This document shows, piece by piece, positions 18,591 through 27,555 of a DNA stretch of 64,000 bases. The stretch lies in assembly GCA_012520915.1 (NCBI GenBank), contig JAAYNJ010000004.1, forward strand, positions 82-64,081, written 5' to 3'. The position numbers and the translations under genes were made by a program. Numbering within the stretch: the first letter of the stretch is position 1; every line of letters begins with the position of its first letter. Under the pieces are notes generated by a model. The model saw only the letters and a program-made list of their open reading frames with translations. It was not told the DNA's origin and did not search any database. Source of the stretch: Oscillospiraceae bacterium. GTDB lineage: Bacteria; Bacillota; Clostridia; Oscillospirales; Ruminococcaceae.

Positions 18591-18605
18591 ACTTTGTAAC
18601 AAAGT
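18591..18605. promoter_or_regulatory. perfect 15-bp palindrome, candidate LacI-family operator upstream of the sugar operon
   Basis: ACTTTGT-A-ACAAAGT, about 90 nt upstream of the first TIM-barrel gene. The same 426-nt divergent intergenic region holds at least 9 TGTAA half-site-like motifs. Confidence 0.5.
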
Positions 18606-18692
18606 AATAATTTCGCTTTGAAACCCTAAGCGTAAAGTATGAGTATTTATGTAATTATAAAACATTTAATTTAACGATAGAGGGAACAGCTT

Positions 18693-19565
18693 ATGAAAAT
18701 TGGAATTCAACTTTATTCGGTAAGGAACCGAATGGAGAATGACCCAATAGACACAATCAGAAAGGTTGCTGAGGCTGGGTATAAGCATCTTGAGGTTGCC
18801 AATCGTGATTCTTATAATGACTTCGGTGTAGGATTTGGGCTAACCGTTCAACAAACCAAAGATCTTTTAGCGGAGACCGGTGTTGAAATTTTGGGTGCTC
18901 ATATTGTCCCGTTTGTAGAAGATACGCCATTAGATAAAATATTGGAATTCCATACCGAAATAGGAACGAAATATATAGTACAAGCTATCGATTTTTTTGC
19001 GGATAAAGATGAGTTGTTAAGGAAAACCGAACAGTATAACAGGATAGGTGAACAATGTTCCAAAGCAGGTATCCAGTATCTGTACCACAATCATCATCAT
19101 GAATTTTTGTGCTTTGACGGCGTAACGATAATGGAACTGATAATGCAAAACACTGATTCTGATTTTGTTAAGCTGGAACTTGATACCTATTGGGCTTGCC
19201 GCGGCAAACAGGATCCGGTTGAAGTTATGAAAAAATATGGCGAGCGCGTCAGAATTATCCATCAAAAAGATTATACAAAGGGTTACGAAGATGAGATGGA
19301 TTTGCTATCGCATTTGGAAAACTCGCCTACAGGTTTTGAAGATTTTATGTCTTATGACAGCAAAGGAAGTGCAAGTGTAAAAAAGGAATCATTTACGGAA
19401 ATAGGAACAGGAATTCTGCCTATTCAAGATTATATTGATGCCGCTAATAAATACTGCAAATGTGAATACATTGTATTGGAGCAGGATTTTAGTGTCCACG
19501 ATGAGATCGACAGCATTAAAATCAGTATGGGGAATTTTAAAAAGTACACAGGTGTAAAGTGGTAA
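18693..19565 (+). CDS. xylose isomerase-like TIM barrel protein (sugar phosphate isomerase/epimerase family), paralogue 1
   Basis: The MKIGIQLYSVR start, HNHxxEF and LDTYW motifs are typical of the AP_endonuc_2/IolE/IolI-like fold. GAGGG RBS. Confidence 0.85.
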   Translation: MKIGIQLYSVRNRMENDPIDTIRKVAEAGYKHLEVANRDSYNDFGVGFGLTVQQTKDLLAETGVEILGAHIVPFVEDTPLDKILEFHTEIGTKYIVQAIDFFADKDELLRKTEQYNRIGEQCSKAGIQYLYHNHHHEFLCFDGVTIMELIMQNTDSDFVKLELDTYWACRGKQDPVEVMKKYGERVRIIHQKDYTKGYEDEMDLLSHLENSPTGFEDFMSYDSKGSASVKKESFTEIGTGILPIQDYIDAANKYCKCEYIVLEQDFSVHDEIDSIKISMGNFKKYTGVKW

Positions 19566-19647
19566 AATGCCCCGCATTTATTCATCTTCAATTTTTGAGA
19601 TGTTATTAATAATACATTTTTATATTTAATTATGGAGGGCGAAGCAT

Positions 19648-20499
19648 ATGAAAATCGGAATTCAACTTTATTCGGTAAGAAATAGAATGGCGGCAGATCC
19701 AATAGACACGATCAAAAAGGTTGCTGAGGCCGGATATAAGCATCTTGAGGTTGCAAACCACGATGCCTATAACGACTTTGGTGTTGGATTTGGAATTACC
19801 GCTCAACAAACCAAGGAGCTTTTAGCGGAGACAGGTGTAGAGGTTTTTGGGGCTCATATTTCCCCATTGGCCGATGATACTCCTTTCGATGAGATACTGG
19901 AGTTTCATAACGAAATTGGAACGAAATATATAACGCAAGCTATCGACTTTTTTGCGGACAAGGATGAACTGTTAAGGAAAACGGAACTGTATAATCGAAT
20001 AGGTGAACGCTGCCACAAAGCAGGTATCCAGTATCTGTATCATAATCATTTTCACGAATTTCAGTGCTTTGACGGTGTCACGGTATTGGAACTGATAATG
20101 CAAAACACCGACCCGGATTATGTAAAAATAGAACTTGATACCTATTGGGCATGCCGCGGCAAACAAAATCCGGTCGAAGTTATGAAAAAATACGGCGAGC
20201 GCATCAGACTTATCCACCAAAAAGACTTTTCAAAGGGCTATGAAGATGAGATGGACCTGCTCTCCGGTTTGGAAAATTCACCTATAGGTATGGAAGAATT
20301 TGAGTCGGTTATAAAAAAAGAAACATTTACTGAAATCGGAACAGGCGTCTTACCCATCCAGGATTTTATTGATGCCGCAAATAAATATTGTAAGTGTGAT
20401 TACATTGTGTTGGAACAGGACTACAGTACTCACGATGAGATCGACAGTATTAAAATCAGTATGGAAAGTTTCAAAAAGTTCACAGGTACCGAGTGGTAA
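19648..20499 (+). CDS. xylose isomerase-like TIM barrel protein, paralogue 2 (tandem duplicate)
   Basis: About four-fifths identical by eye to paralogue 1. It lacks a 7-aa segment (YDSKGSA). Confidence 0.85.
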   Translation: MKIGIQLYSVRNRMAADPIDTIKKVAEAGYKHLEVANHDAYNDFGVGFGITAQQTKELLAETGVEVFGAHISPLADDTPFDEILEFHNEIGTKYITQAIDFFADKDELLRKTELYNRIGERCHKAGIQYLYHNHFHEFQCFDGVTVLELIMQNTDPDYVKIELDTYWACRGKQNPVEVMKKYGERIRLIHQKDFSKGYEDEMDLLSGLENSPIGMEEFESVIKKETFTEIGTGVLPIQDFIDAANKYCKCDYIVLEQDYSTHDEIDSIKISMESFKKFTGTEW

Positions 20500-20539
20500 G
20501 AAGCCGGTACTTTAAATTATTATTAAAATGGAGGGAATT

Positions 20540-21556
20540 ATGAAAAAACTATTTGTATTTTTACTTGCTCTGTTGATGTTGGTATCGATAGTTGCCTGTA
20601 AAAAGGATGCCGAGCCTGTTGTTGACGACAGCGATAAGTCTGAGGTTGTCGAAACAGAGAAACCAGAAACGGAAGAAAAAGAGAAATATGTAATCGGATA
20701 TACTCTTAATGCAATGGATGATTACAATGCGGAAATGGTTACCATCTATGAGGAAATAGCTGCCGAAAGGGGCTATGAGATGCATATTACTGTTGCTGAA
20801 GGTAGTATTGAAAAACAGATTGCGGATATCGAGTCCTTGATTGTGCTCAAACCGGATCTTATCGCTGGAAGAGCTATAGACACAGCCGGTTCGGCGCCTG
20901 GTTTCCAAGCGGCAATCGACGCAGGATTCCCGGTAATTTCTGACGGGTTTTATGTAGACTGCCCTGATGTCTGTCAACTAACTTCCAGCCAAATAGTTGC
21001 AGCAGAAAAAAAGGCGGAATACCTAATTGAGTTACTGGACGCAGATCCTGATTTGCATCTAAATATTTGCTACATTTATGGATATCGTGGAGCTTCTTCT
21101 TCTAATGAACGTTTTGACGGCTGGTTTAATAAACTCTCTGAAAAACATTCCGACAGATTTACACTTTTAGCCGATAAGGTCTGCAACTGGAGCGCGACCG
21201 AAGCCATGGCGGTTACCGAAGACTGGATACAGGCCTATCCCGAGATGAACTGCATAATAGTCGCTTCGGATGAGATGGCGCTTGGATGCTGTAACGTTCT
21301 TGAAGCGGCGGGTATTAAGGATGAGGTAATGGTTATAGGCATAGACGGCTCAATAGCTGCACAAGATTCTCTTAAAAAGGGGATTATGGATGCAACAGTT
21401 TATAGCTCTAAGAGACTCAGTGCCATTGCCTTTTTTGATGCATGCGATGCCATACTCAAGGAAGGTAAGGATTTGAGTGGTAAAGAAATTATGGTGGAAA
21501 ATGCTTTCTTGATGGTTGCTGATAACGTGGATGAGCTGATCAAACAATACGGCTAA
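20540..21556 (+). CDS. sugar ABC transporter substrate-binding lipoprotein (ribose/galactose-binding type)
   Basis: Signal peptide with lipobox LVSIVAC, a Glu/Lys-rich linker, then a type I periplasmic-binding fold. Start moved to ATG 20540, which follows a GGAGGG RBS. Confidence 0.85.
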   Translation: MKKLFVFLLALLMLVSIVACKKDAEPVVDDSDKSEVVETEKPETEEKEKYVIGYTLNAMDDYNAEMVTIYEEIAAERGYEMHITVAEGSIEKQIADIESLIVLKPDLIAGRAIDTAGSAPGFQAAIDAGFPVISDGFYVDCPDVCQLTSSQIVAAEKKAEYLIELLDADPDLHLNICYIYGYRGASSSNERFDGWFNKLSEKHSDRFTLLADKVCNWSATEAMAVTEDWIQAYPEMNCIIVASDEMALGCCNVLEAAGIKDEVMVIGIDGSIAAQDSLKKGIMDATVYSSKRLSAIAFFDACDAILKEGKDLSGKEIMVENAFLMVADNVDELIKQYG

Positions 21557-21642
21557 GTATCAAGCTCTATTCTAATCGGATTTCCGCTTTAATTAGCACA
21601 AAGCGGAAATCCGATTCTGAAAGATTATGAATGAGGAGAAAT

Positions 21643-23145
21643 ATGTCAAGTTCAAGCAAGTATATTTTGGAAATGATTGATATTGACAAGTCTTTTCCGG
21701 GCGTTAAGGCCCTTGAGCAAGTTCATTTTCATTTAGTTGAAGGTGAAGTTCACGCTTTAATCGGTGAAAACGGTGCCGGCAAGTCAACATTGATGAAAGT
21801 TCTTCAGGGTATTCATCAAGCGGATAGCGGCGAAATTATTTACAAAGGGGAATCGGTAAATTTTAAGAATACGCATGATGCCTTGAGCGCGGGGATTTCG
21901 ATGATTCACCAGGAGTTGAGCTTGGTTCCTACAACCAGTATCGGCGAGAACATTTGGATAGGTCGCGGAAAGAGGTTTACAAAGAACGGTATCTTAAGTT
22001 TGAGACGCATGAAAGCTGAGGCGCAAAAGCTGCTTGACAGATTGGGCATAAAGCTGGATGCAAACAGGATTGTGAGTACTCTCAGCGTTGCGGAAATGCA
22101 GATGGTCGAGATAGCCCGTGCCGTCTCCTATGATTCAAGCATAATTATCATGGATGAGCCGACCAGCTCCCTTTCAGATTCCGAAACGGAATTATTGTAC
22201 GAAATTATCAGAAAATTGTCTTCCGAGGGCACATCTATAATCTATATATCGCATAAACTCGAAGAGATATTCGAGATTTGCGATAATGTCACGGTTATGC
22301 GGGATGCAAAGTTTGTTGCCAAGCACGCTGTAAAAGATGTCACCACACAAATGCTGATTACTGAAATTGCCGGGCGGGAAATTAAAGATTTGTACCCTAA
22401 AACTCAATCTCAGATAGGCGATGTGGTATTGGAAGTCAGAAACCTCTCATCGGAAAAAAAGTTTCAAGATGTAAGTTTCAAAGTAAGAAAAGGTGAAATC
22501 TTAGGATTTTGCGGTTTGATTGGCGCGGGGCGTACCGAAATAATGCGTGCTGTTTTCGGTCTTGATAAATATGACAGCGGAGAGGTGCTTGTTGATGGTG
22601 AAGTAGCAAAAATAAACCATTCTTGGAACGCAATTGATTACGGAATTGCAATGGTGACGGAGGACAGGCGCAAATCGGGAATTATGTTTACGCTTCCGGT
22701 GCTGTACAATATTTCTCTTGCAAAACTTAAAGAGCTTTGTAATAAGTTATCTTTCATAAACAAAGCCAAGGAAGAGGAGGATGTGGCGCAGATTGTAAAG
22801 AAGTTGGATGTCCAAACCCCGACTTTGAGAACTCCTATCGGCTCCCTTTCCGGAGGAAACCAACAGAAATCCATACTTGCCAGATGGCTGCTGGCAGACC
22901 CTCGTATCTTAATTTTGGATGAACCGACAAGAGGAATAGATGTAGGTTCAAAAACCGAGATCTACCGGCTAATGAGCGAACTTGCCAGCTCAGGAATGGC
23001 GATAATCATGGTTAGCAGCGAGTTGCCGGAGATTTTAGGCATGTGTGATCGGATATTGGTTGCCCGAAACGGAAGAATAGTGGGAGAATTTGACAGAAAC
23101 GAAGCAGATCAAGAAACGTTGTTGAACAAAGCGTTTGGCGGTTAA
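21643..23145 (+). CDS. sugar ABC transporter ATP-binding protein, duplicated NBD (RbsA/MglA type)
   Basis: GENGAGKST and LSVAEMQMVEIARA in NBD1, LSGGNQQK in NBD2. Start at ATG 21643 after AGGAGA. Confidence 0.9.
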   Translation: MSSSSKYILEMIDIDKSFPGVKALEQVHFHLVEGEVHALIGENGAGKSTLMKVLQGIHQADSGEIIYKGESVNFKNTHDALSAGISMIHQELSLVPTTSIGENIWIGRGKRFTKNGILSLRRMKAEAQKLLDRLGIKLDANRIVSTLSVAEMQMVEIARAVSYDSSIIIMDEPTSSLSDSETELLYEIIRKLSSEGTSIIYISHKLEEIFEICDNVTVMRDAKFVAKHAVKDVTTQMLITEIAGREIKDLYPKTQSQIGDVVLEVRNLSSEKKFQDVSFKVRKGEILGFCGLIGAGRTEIMRAVFGLDKYDSGEVLVDGEVAKINHSWNAIDYGIAMVTEDRRKSGIMFTLPVLYNISLAKLKELCNKLSFINKAKEEEDVAQIVKKLDVQTPTLRTPIGSLSGGNQQKSILARWLLADPRILILDEPTRGIDVGSKTEIYRLMSELASSGMAIIMVSSELPEILGMCDRILVARNGRIVGEFDRNEADQETLLNKAFGG

Positions 23146-23169
23146 TCTCTAAATGAAAGGCTCCTTGAT

Positions 23170-24150
23170 ATGAAAGAAAAATCAATAAGAGACAATCATA
23201 AGATTGCAAACTTTTTAATGGGGAATAAAGCCCCGATTATCCTGATTATTTTATGCATTGCTGCATCCTTGATAAGCCCCGTTTTCCTGACGTCGCGAAA
23301 TCTTATCAATGTACTAAGACAGGTGGCTGTGAGCTCAGTCCTTGGCATTGGCTACACTCTGGTTATGACCTCGGGGAATTTGGATTTATCGGTAGGCTCT
23401 ATGCTTGGAATGCTGGGAGTCATAATGGGACTTCTCTCTGTAAGAGGCTTACCGTTCGGTCTTGTTCTTGTCATCGGTATGGCATTCGGCGCGCTATGCG
23501 GTTTTTTAAACGGTTTTATCGGAATGAAGCTTAAGCTCCCGTTATTTATCGTTACGTTGGCTCAAGGCCAGGTATATAAAGGGGTGTGCTTCCTGTTAAG
23601 CAACAACTCTCCCGTAAACGGCCTGCAAGATCAGTTTAAATGGATTGGGCAAGGGTATGTCTTCCATATACCCGTTCCAATCTATATAACGCTTTTTTGT
23701 TGTCTGATTATGTCGGTATTGTTGGGAAATACAAGGTTTGGAAGACAGGTAATTGCTACCGGCGGGAATCGTGAGGCCGCCTTAGTCTCCGGAATCAATG
23801 TCAGTAGGCTTACGATTTTTGTATATATGATAGTGGGTATGTTTGTTTCGGTGGCCGCCATGATCATGAACGGACGTGCTTTCAGCGCTCAGCCAACTGC
23901 AGGAACAGGCATGGAGATGGATGCAATTGCTGCAGTCGTAATAGGCGGCACATCGATGTCCGGCGGCAATCCGAATGTTGTGGGGACAATTTTCGGCTGT
24001 GTAATAGTCGGAGTTATTTCCAACATATTAAACCTGACGGGAGTCGACTCCAACTGGCAACACGTAGTCAAGGGTTTGATGATACTCACCGCTGTTGCAC
24101 TTGATACGATTTCCAGCAGGATGATTACCGCCCGAATGATAAAAAGATAA
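23170..24150 (+). CDS. sugar ABC transporter permease (RbsC/branched-chain type)
   Basis: 326 aa, about 9-10 TM helices, AraH/RbsC-like sequence (TGGNREAALVSGINV). Confidence 0.85.
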   Translation: MKEKSIRDNHKIANFLMGNKAPIILIILCIAASLISPVFLTSRNLINVLRQVAVSSVLGIGYTLVMTSGNLDLSVGSMLGMLGVIMGLLSVRGLPFGLVLVIGMAFGALCGFLNGFIGMKLKLPLFIVTLAQGQVYKGVCFLLSNNSPVNGLQDQFKWIGQGYVFHIPVPIYITLFCCLIMSVLLGNTRFGRQVIATGGNREAALVSGINVSRLTIFVYMIVGMFVSVAAMIMNGRAFSAQPTAGTGMEMDAIAAVVIGGTSMSGGNPNVVGTIFGCVIVGVISNILNLTGVDSNWQHVVKGLMILTAVALDTISSRMITARMIKR

Positions 24151-24194
24151 AGTTTGGAGAATCTCGAATACACTGAATTTGAGAAATTTTATAG

Positions 24195-25346
24195 ATGAAA
24201 GACTTTTTGAAGAGTGTTAGAAAAGGGCTCCTGTCTACGTTCAACCATTATCGGGATATTGTGCTAATGGTAATACCCTGTATTATTGTGGCCTCGCTTG
24301 TCGGTGCTATTGTGGTTGTTTTAGGAACACTTCCAATCGCACACGGTGAGCCGCTGTCTGCAAATAATAAGGTGATTGAAAATATCTGCAGCTTCTTATC
24401 GATAATCAGGGATTGCGGCATCTTCTCTCTTCCCGTATTCATCACATGGGCTACAGTGAAACACTTTAAAGGAAACGAAGTTTTGGGCTTGCTTTTAGGA
24501 ATAACATTGGTTCCTGCAAATATTATGAGCGGTTTGCAGCTGGCCAATATTGATGATGCAAGTCTGATAAAATACTGGGATTTCGGCATTTTTAAAGTTT
24601 TACAGTGCGGTTTTCAGGCGCAGATATTGGCTGCTATTTTGGCAGGTCTTGCTCTTCTGGGATTTGAGCGGCTCTTTAAACGCATTATCCCTAAAACTAT
24701 AGAAGTTATCTTTGTGCCCATGCTGTCTATACTGCTTAGTTTTACTTCCACTTACCTTCTTATAGCACCGGTAGCAAGAGCTGTAGATAAGGCAATTCTA
24801 AAAATTTTTGTTTTCCTCGTTTTAACGCCGTCTCTACGCGTGGTTGGCTCAACTCTCCTTGGCGTTATACACGTTCCTTTGATGTTTTTAGGTCTTCATC
24901 TTGCTTTTTTGCCAATAAATATTACGCTTATTGCAAGCGGACTAAGAAATCCTTTTTGGCCTCTTACGGTATCAACTGTTCTTAGTTGTGGAGGAGCTGC
25001 TCTTGGAACTTTTTTTGCTGTCAGAGTAGGCAAATTGAAAGATTCGGCGCGAGAAAGTATTGTGACTACTTTAATCTTAGGTACCGTTGAGCCGGCTTTG
25101 TTCAATGTTTGTGCAAAACATAAGCCTGCTATGATTGCTGCTATAACCGCTTCAACTGTGGGAGGATGCATGTGCGGATTATTTGACCTTGCCGCTACCA
25201 CCCAGGGCGTTAACGGAGTGCTGTCTTTCTTGAATATACCTTTCGAAGACTGGGGCTTTTATTTGATAACTCTTTCTACATGCATAATTTTAAGCTGCGT
25301 TTTTGCTTTCACTCTTACAAGAAAACAAAAAGCGGTAGAGAAATAA
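24195..25346 (+). CDS. PTS EIIC-like permease with no EIIA or EIIB domain (orphan EIIC)
   Basis: 383 aa, polytopic. LILGTVEPALFNV resembles the conserved G-[IV]-T-E-P-A-[IL]-[FY]-G motif of glucose/beta-glucoside-family EIIC. I see no CATRLR-type EIIB Cys motif and no EIIA anywhere in the window. Confidence 0.65.
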   Translation: MKDFLKSVRKGLLSTFNHYRDIVLMVIPCIIVASLVGAIVVVLGTLPIAHGEPLSANNKVIENICSFLSIIRDCGIFSLPVFITWATVKHFKGNEVLGLLLGITLVPANIMSGLQLANIDDASLIKYWDFGIFKVLQCGFQAQILAAILAGLALLGFERLFKRIIPKTIEVIFVPMLSILLSFTSTYLLIAPVARAVDKAILKIFVFLVLTPSLRVVGSTLLGVIHVPLMFLGLHLAFLPINITLIASGLRNPFWPLTVSTVLSCGGAALGTFFAVRVGKLKDSARESIVTTLILGTVEPALFNVCAKHKPAMIAAITASTVGGCMCGLFDLAATTQGVNGVLSFLNIPFEDWGFYLITLSTCIILSCVFAFTLTRKQKAVEK

Positions 25347-25405
25347 TAATGTATATCTTTACCCGTAAACCAATTTAGCTTAATAGCGAAAGGAGTTAAT
25401 TCTAT

Positions 25406-26290
25406 ATGGAAAAGAAATTAAAAGTTGGGCTTCAACTATACTCAGTGCGCAATTCTATGGAAAAGGATCCTCTGGGCACTATCGAAAAGTGTGTGGAAGC
25501 CGGGTATAAATATCTGCAGATAGCAAACGGCATTACAGATACTATGGACAAACATGATCTGGTCTGTGGATTTGGTGTACCGGCGGATGTTTTTCGCGAT
25601 ACCTGTGAGAGATTAGGTGTAAAACTACTGGCTTCTCATTTTATGATGACTAACTTTACGCCTGAAACAGCAAGGGATATCTGCAAAGCTCAAAAAGAGA
25701 TAGGCGTAGACGGTTTGATTACTCCTATTCAATTTGCGAGCACGCCCGCTGAAGTTCAAATGGTTTGCGATGAATGCAATCGTTTAGGAGAAATATGTGC
25801 GGAAGAAGGAATGTCGTACTTCTATCACAACCATTCACACGAATTTCAATTAATTGACGGCAAAACTTTTTTTGACAGATTAATGGAGGGAACTGACCCG
25901 AATCTTGTAAAGCTGGAACTTGATACTTATTGGGCAACCCGGGGCGGTGTTGATCCGATACAGATTATGAAGGATTTGGGAGAACGATGCACGCTTCTTC
26001 ATCAAAAAGATTATCCGAAGGGATATGAAGACGAGCTGGTGCAGTACCCATTATTGGAAGTAGGTAAAGCGGTGGATCTCGACTATTTTACTTCTCAGAC
26101 CAATCCGGCGCATTTTGTTGAAATTGGTACCGGTATTTTGGACATTCAAAGTATTATCGATACAGCTGTAGAACTTGATTGCTATGATTATATTATTTTA
26201 GAGCAGGATTATACTGCGCTTGATGAAATTGAAAGTATTAAAGTCAGCATGGAAAGTTTCAAAAAATATAATAACGTAACATTTTCATAA
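25406..26290 (+). CDS. xylose isomerase-like TIM barrel protein, paralogue 3 (diverged)
   Basis: Same LQLYSVRN / HNHSHEF / ELDTYW / ILEQD pattern as paralogues 1 and 2, but much more diverged. AAGGAG RBS. Confidence 0.85.
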   Translation: MEKKLKVGLQLYSVRNSMEKDPLGTIEKCVEAGYKYLQIANGITDTMDKHDLVCGFGVPADVFRDTCERLGVKLLASHFMMTNFTPETARDICKAQKEIGVDGLITPIQFASTPAEVQMVCDECNRLGEICAEEGMSYFYHNHSHEFQLIDGKTFFDRLMEGTDPNLVKLELDTYWATRGGVDPIQIMKDLGERCTLLHQKDYPKGYEDELVQYPLLEVGKAVDLDYFTSQTNPAHFVEIGTGILDIQSIIDTAVELDCYDYIILEQDYTALDEIESIKVSMESFKKYNNVTFS

Positions 26291-26303
26291 AAGGAGATTT
26301 AAA

Positions 26304-27539
26304 ATGAAAGAAATAAGAATAGCTATTATTGGAACAGGCATGATTTCGCACAGACATATGACAATATGGTCTAAAATCCCCGGAACGAAGATAGTTGCAG
26401 CGTGCGATATAGATGAAAAAAAGCTCAAGTTATGGGGGGAAATGTATGGTTTTGATGAGAAAGATCTGTACATAGACTTCCGCGAGATGCTGAAACGCGA
26501 TGATATAGATGCTATTGATGTTTGTGTTCACAACAATTTGCATACACCCGTGTCGGTAGCTGTCATGAGGGCCGGCTTCCATTGTTACTGCGAAAAACCG
26601 ATGGCCGCTAGCTATATTGACTCTAAAATTTTGTATGATGCTCAGAAAAAGTACGGAGTAAAACTTGCTGTTCAGATAAGCTCTATTTTCAATCTCCAGA
26701 CCCGCTATGCGAAAAAATTGGTTGATGAGGGGAAACTCGGAAAACTATATCATGCACGCAGTGTGGGGCACAGACGTGAAGGAAGACCCGGTCTTGACAT
26801 GCCGGACTTTTCGCGGGATTTCATAAGCAAAGAAGTTGGCGGACATGGTCCCTTAACCGATCTTGGAATTTACCATATAGCTCAGATGCTCTATATTATG
26901 GGTATGCCGGAATTGGAAACAATTTATGGAATGTCTTCTGCTGATTATTTTATTGACAGCCGCCTGCTCAAGGATGGTATGGAATATGGTGTTGAAGATC
27001 TCAGTGTTGGCTTAGCTAAACTGAAGAACGGAGTTTCCTTGGATATTTATGAAGATTGGGCAATGCATATCGACGATGTAGGTCCGAGCTTTATAGCAGG
27101 CAGCCATGGAGGCATCAAGCTTATAGATGTTGATACATGGGGCGGTGAGTTATCACTCCAAGAGGACGGTACAGTAGTAGGCGCGGATTCAGCTCCAACG
27201 CCAACACTGGAATTCTTTGGTTACGAAGATGGAGTGATGATTTCAAAAGTGATAGATTGTGGAGTAAATGGGGCGAAAGAGTCGTTAATGAATCCCGCTA
27301 TATTCCCCTTCAATGATAACCAGGCGCACTGGACAGCGTATCTTCGTGGCGACTTAACTGACGAAACTCGCATTGATACACCTTTCATCGCACTGGAAAC
27401 AGCGCTCTTATCTGATGGAATATTCTTATCTCAAAAGCTGAATCGAAGCGTAACAAGAGATGAGATTTGTTCGATGTCGGAGTCGATGGCTATTCGCAGT
27501 CAAAAAACACCTTGGGGCGTAATTGATTATGATTTTTAA
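26304..27539 (+). CDS. Gfo/Idh/MocA family NAD(P)-dependent oxidoreductase
   Basis: N-terminal Rossmann IAIIGTGMIS, with CEKP at the end of the dinucleotide-binding domain. 411 aa. Confidence 0.9.
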   Translation: MKEIRIAIIGTGMISHRHMTIWSKIPGTKIVAACDIDEKKLKLWGEMYGFDEKDLYIDFREMLKRDDIDAIDVCVHNNLHTPVSVAVMRAGFHCYCEKPMAASYIDSKILYDAQKKYGVKLAVQISSIFNLQTRYAKKLVDEGKLGKLYHARSVGHRREGRPGLDMPDFSRDFISKEVGGHGPLTDLGIYHIAQMLYIMGMPELETIYGMSSADYFIDSRLLKDGMEYGVEDLSVGLAKLKNGVSLDIYEDWAMHIDDVGPSFIAGSHGGIKLIDVDTWGGELSLQEDGTVVGADSAPTPTLEFFGYEDGVMISKVIDCGVNGAKESLMNPAIFPFNDNQAHWTAYLRGDLTDETRIDTPFIALETALLSDGIFLSQKLNRSVTRDEICSMSESMAIRSQKTPWGVIDYDF

Positions 27540-27555
27540 TGAAAGAGGGTAAATA

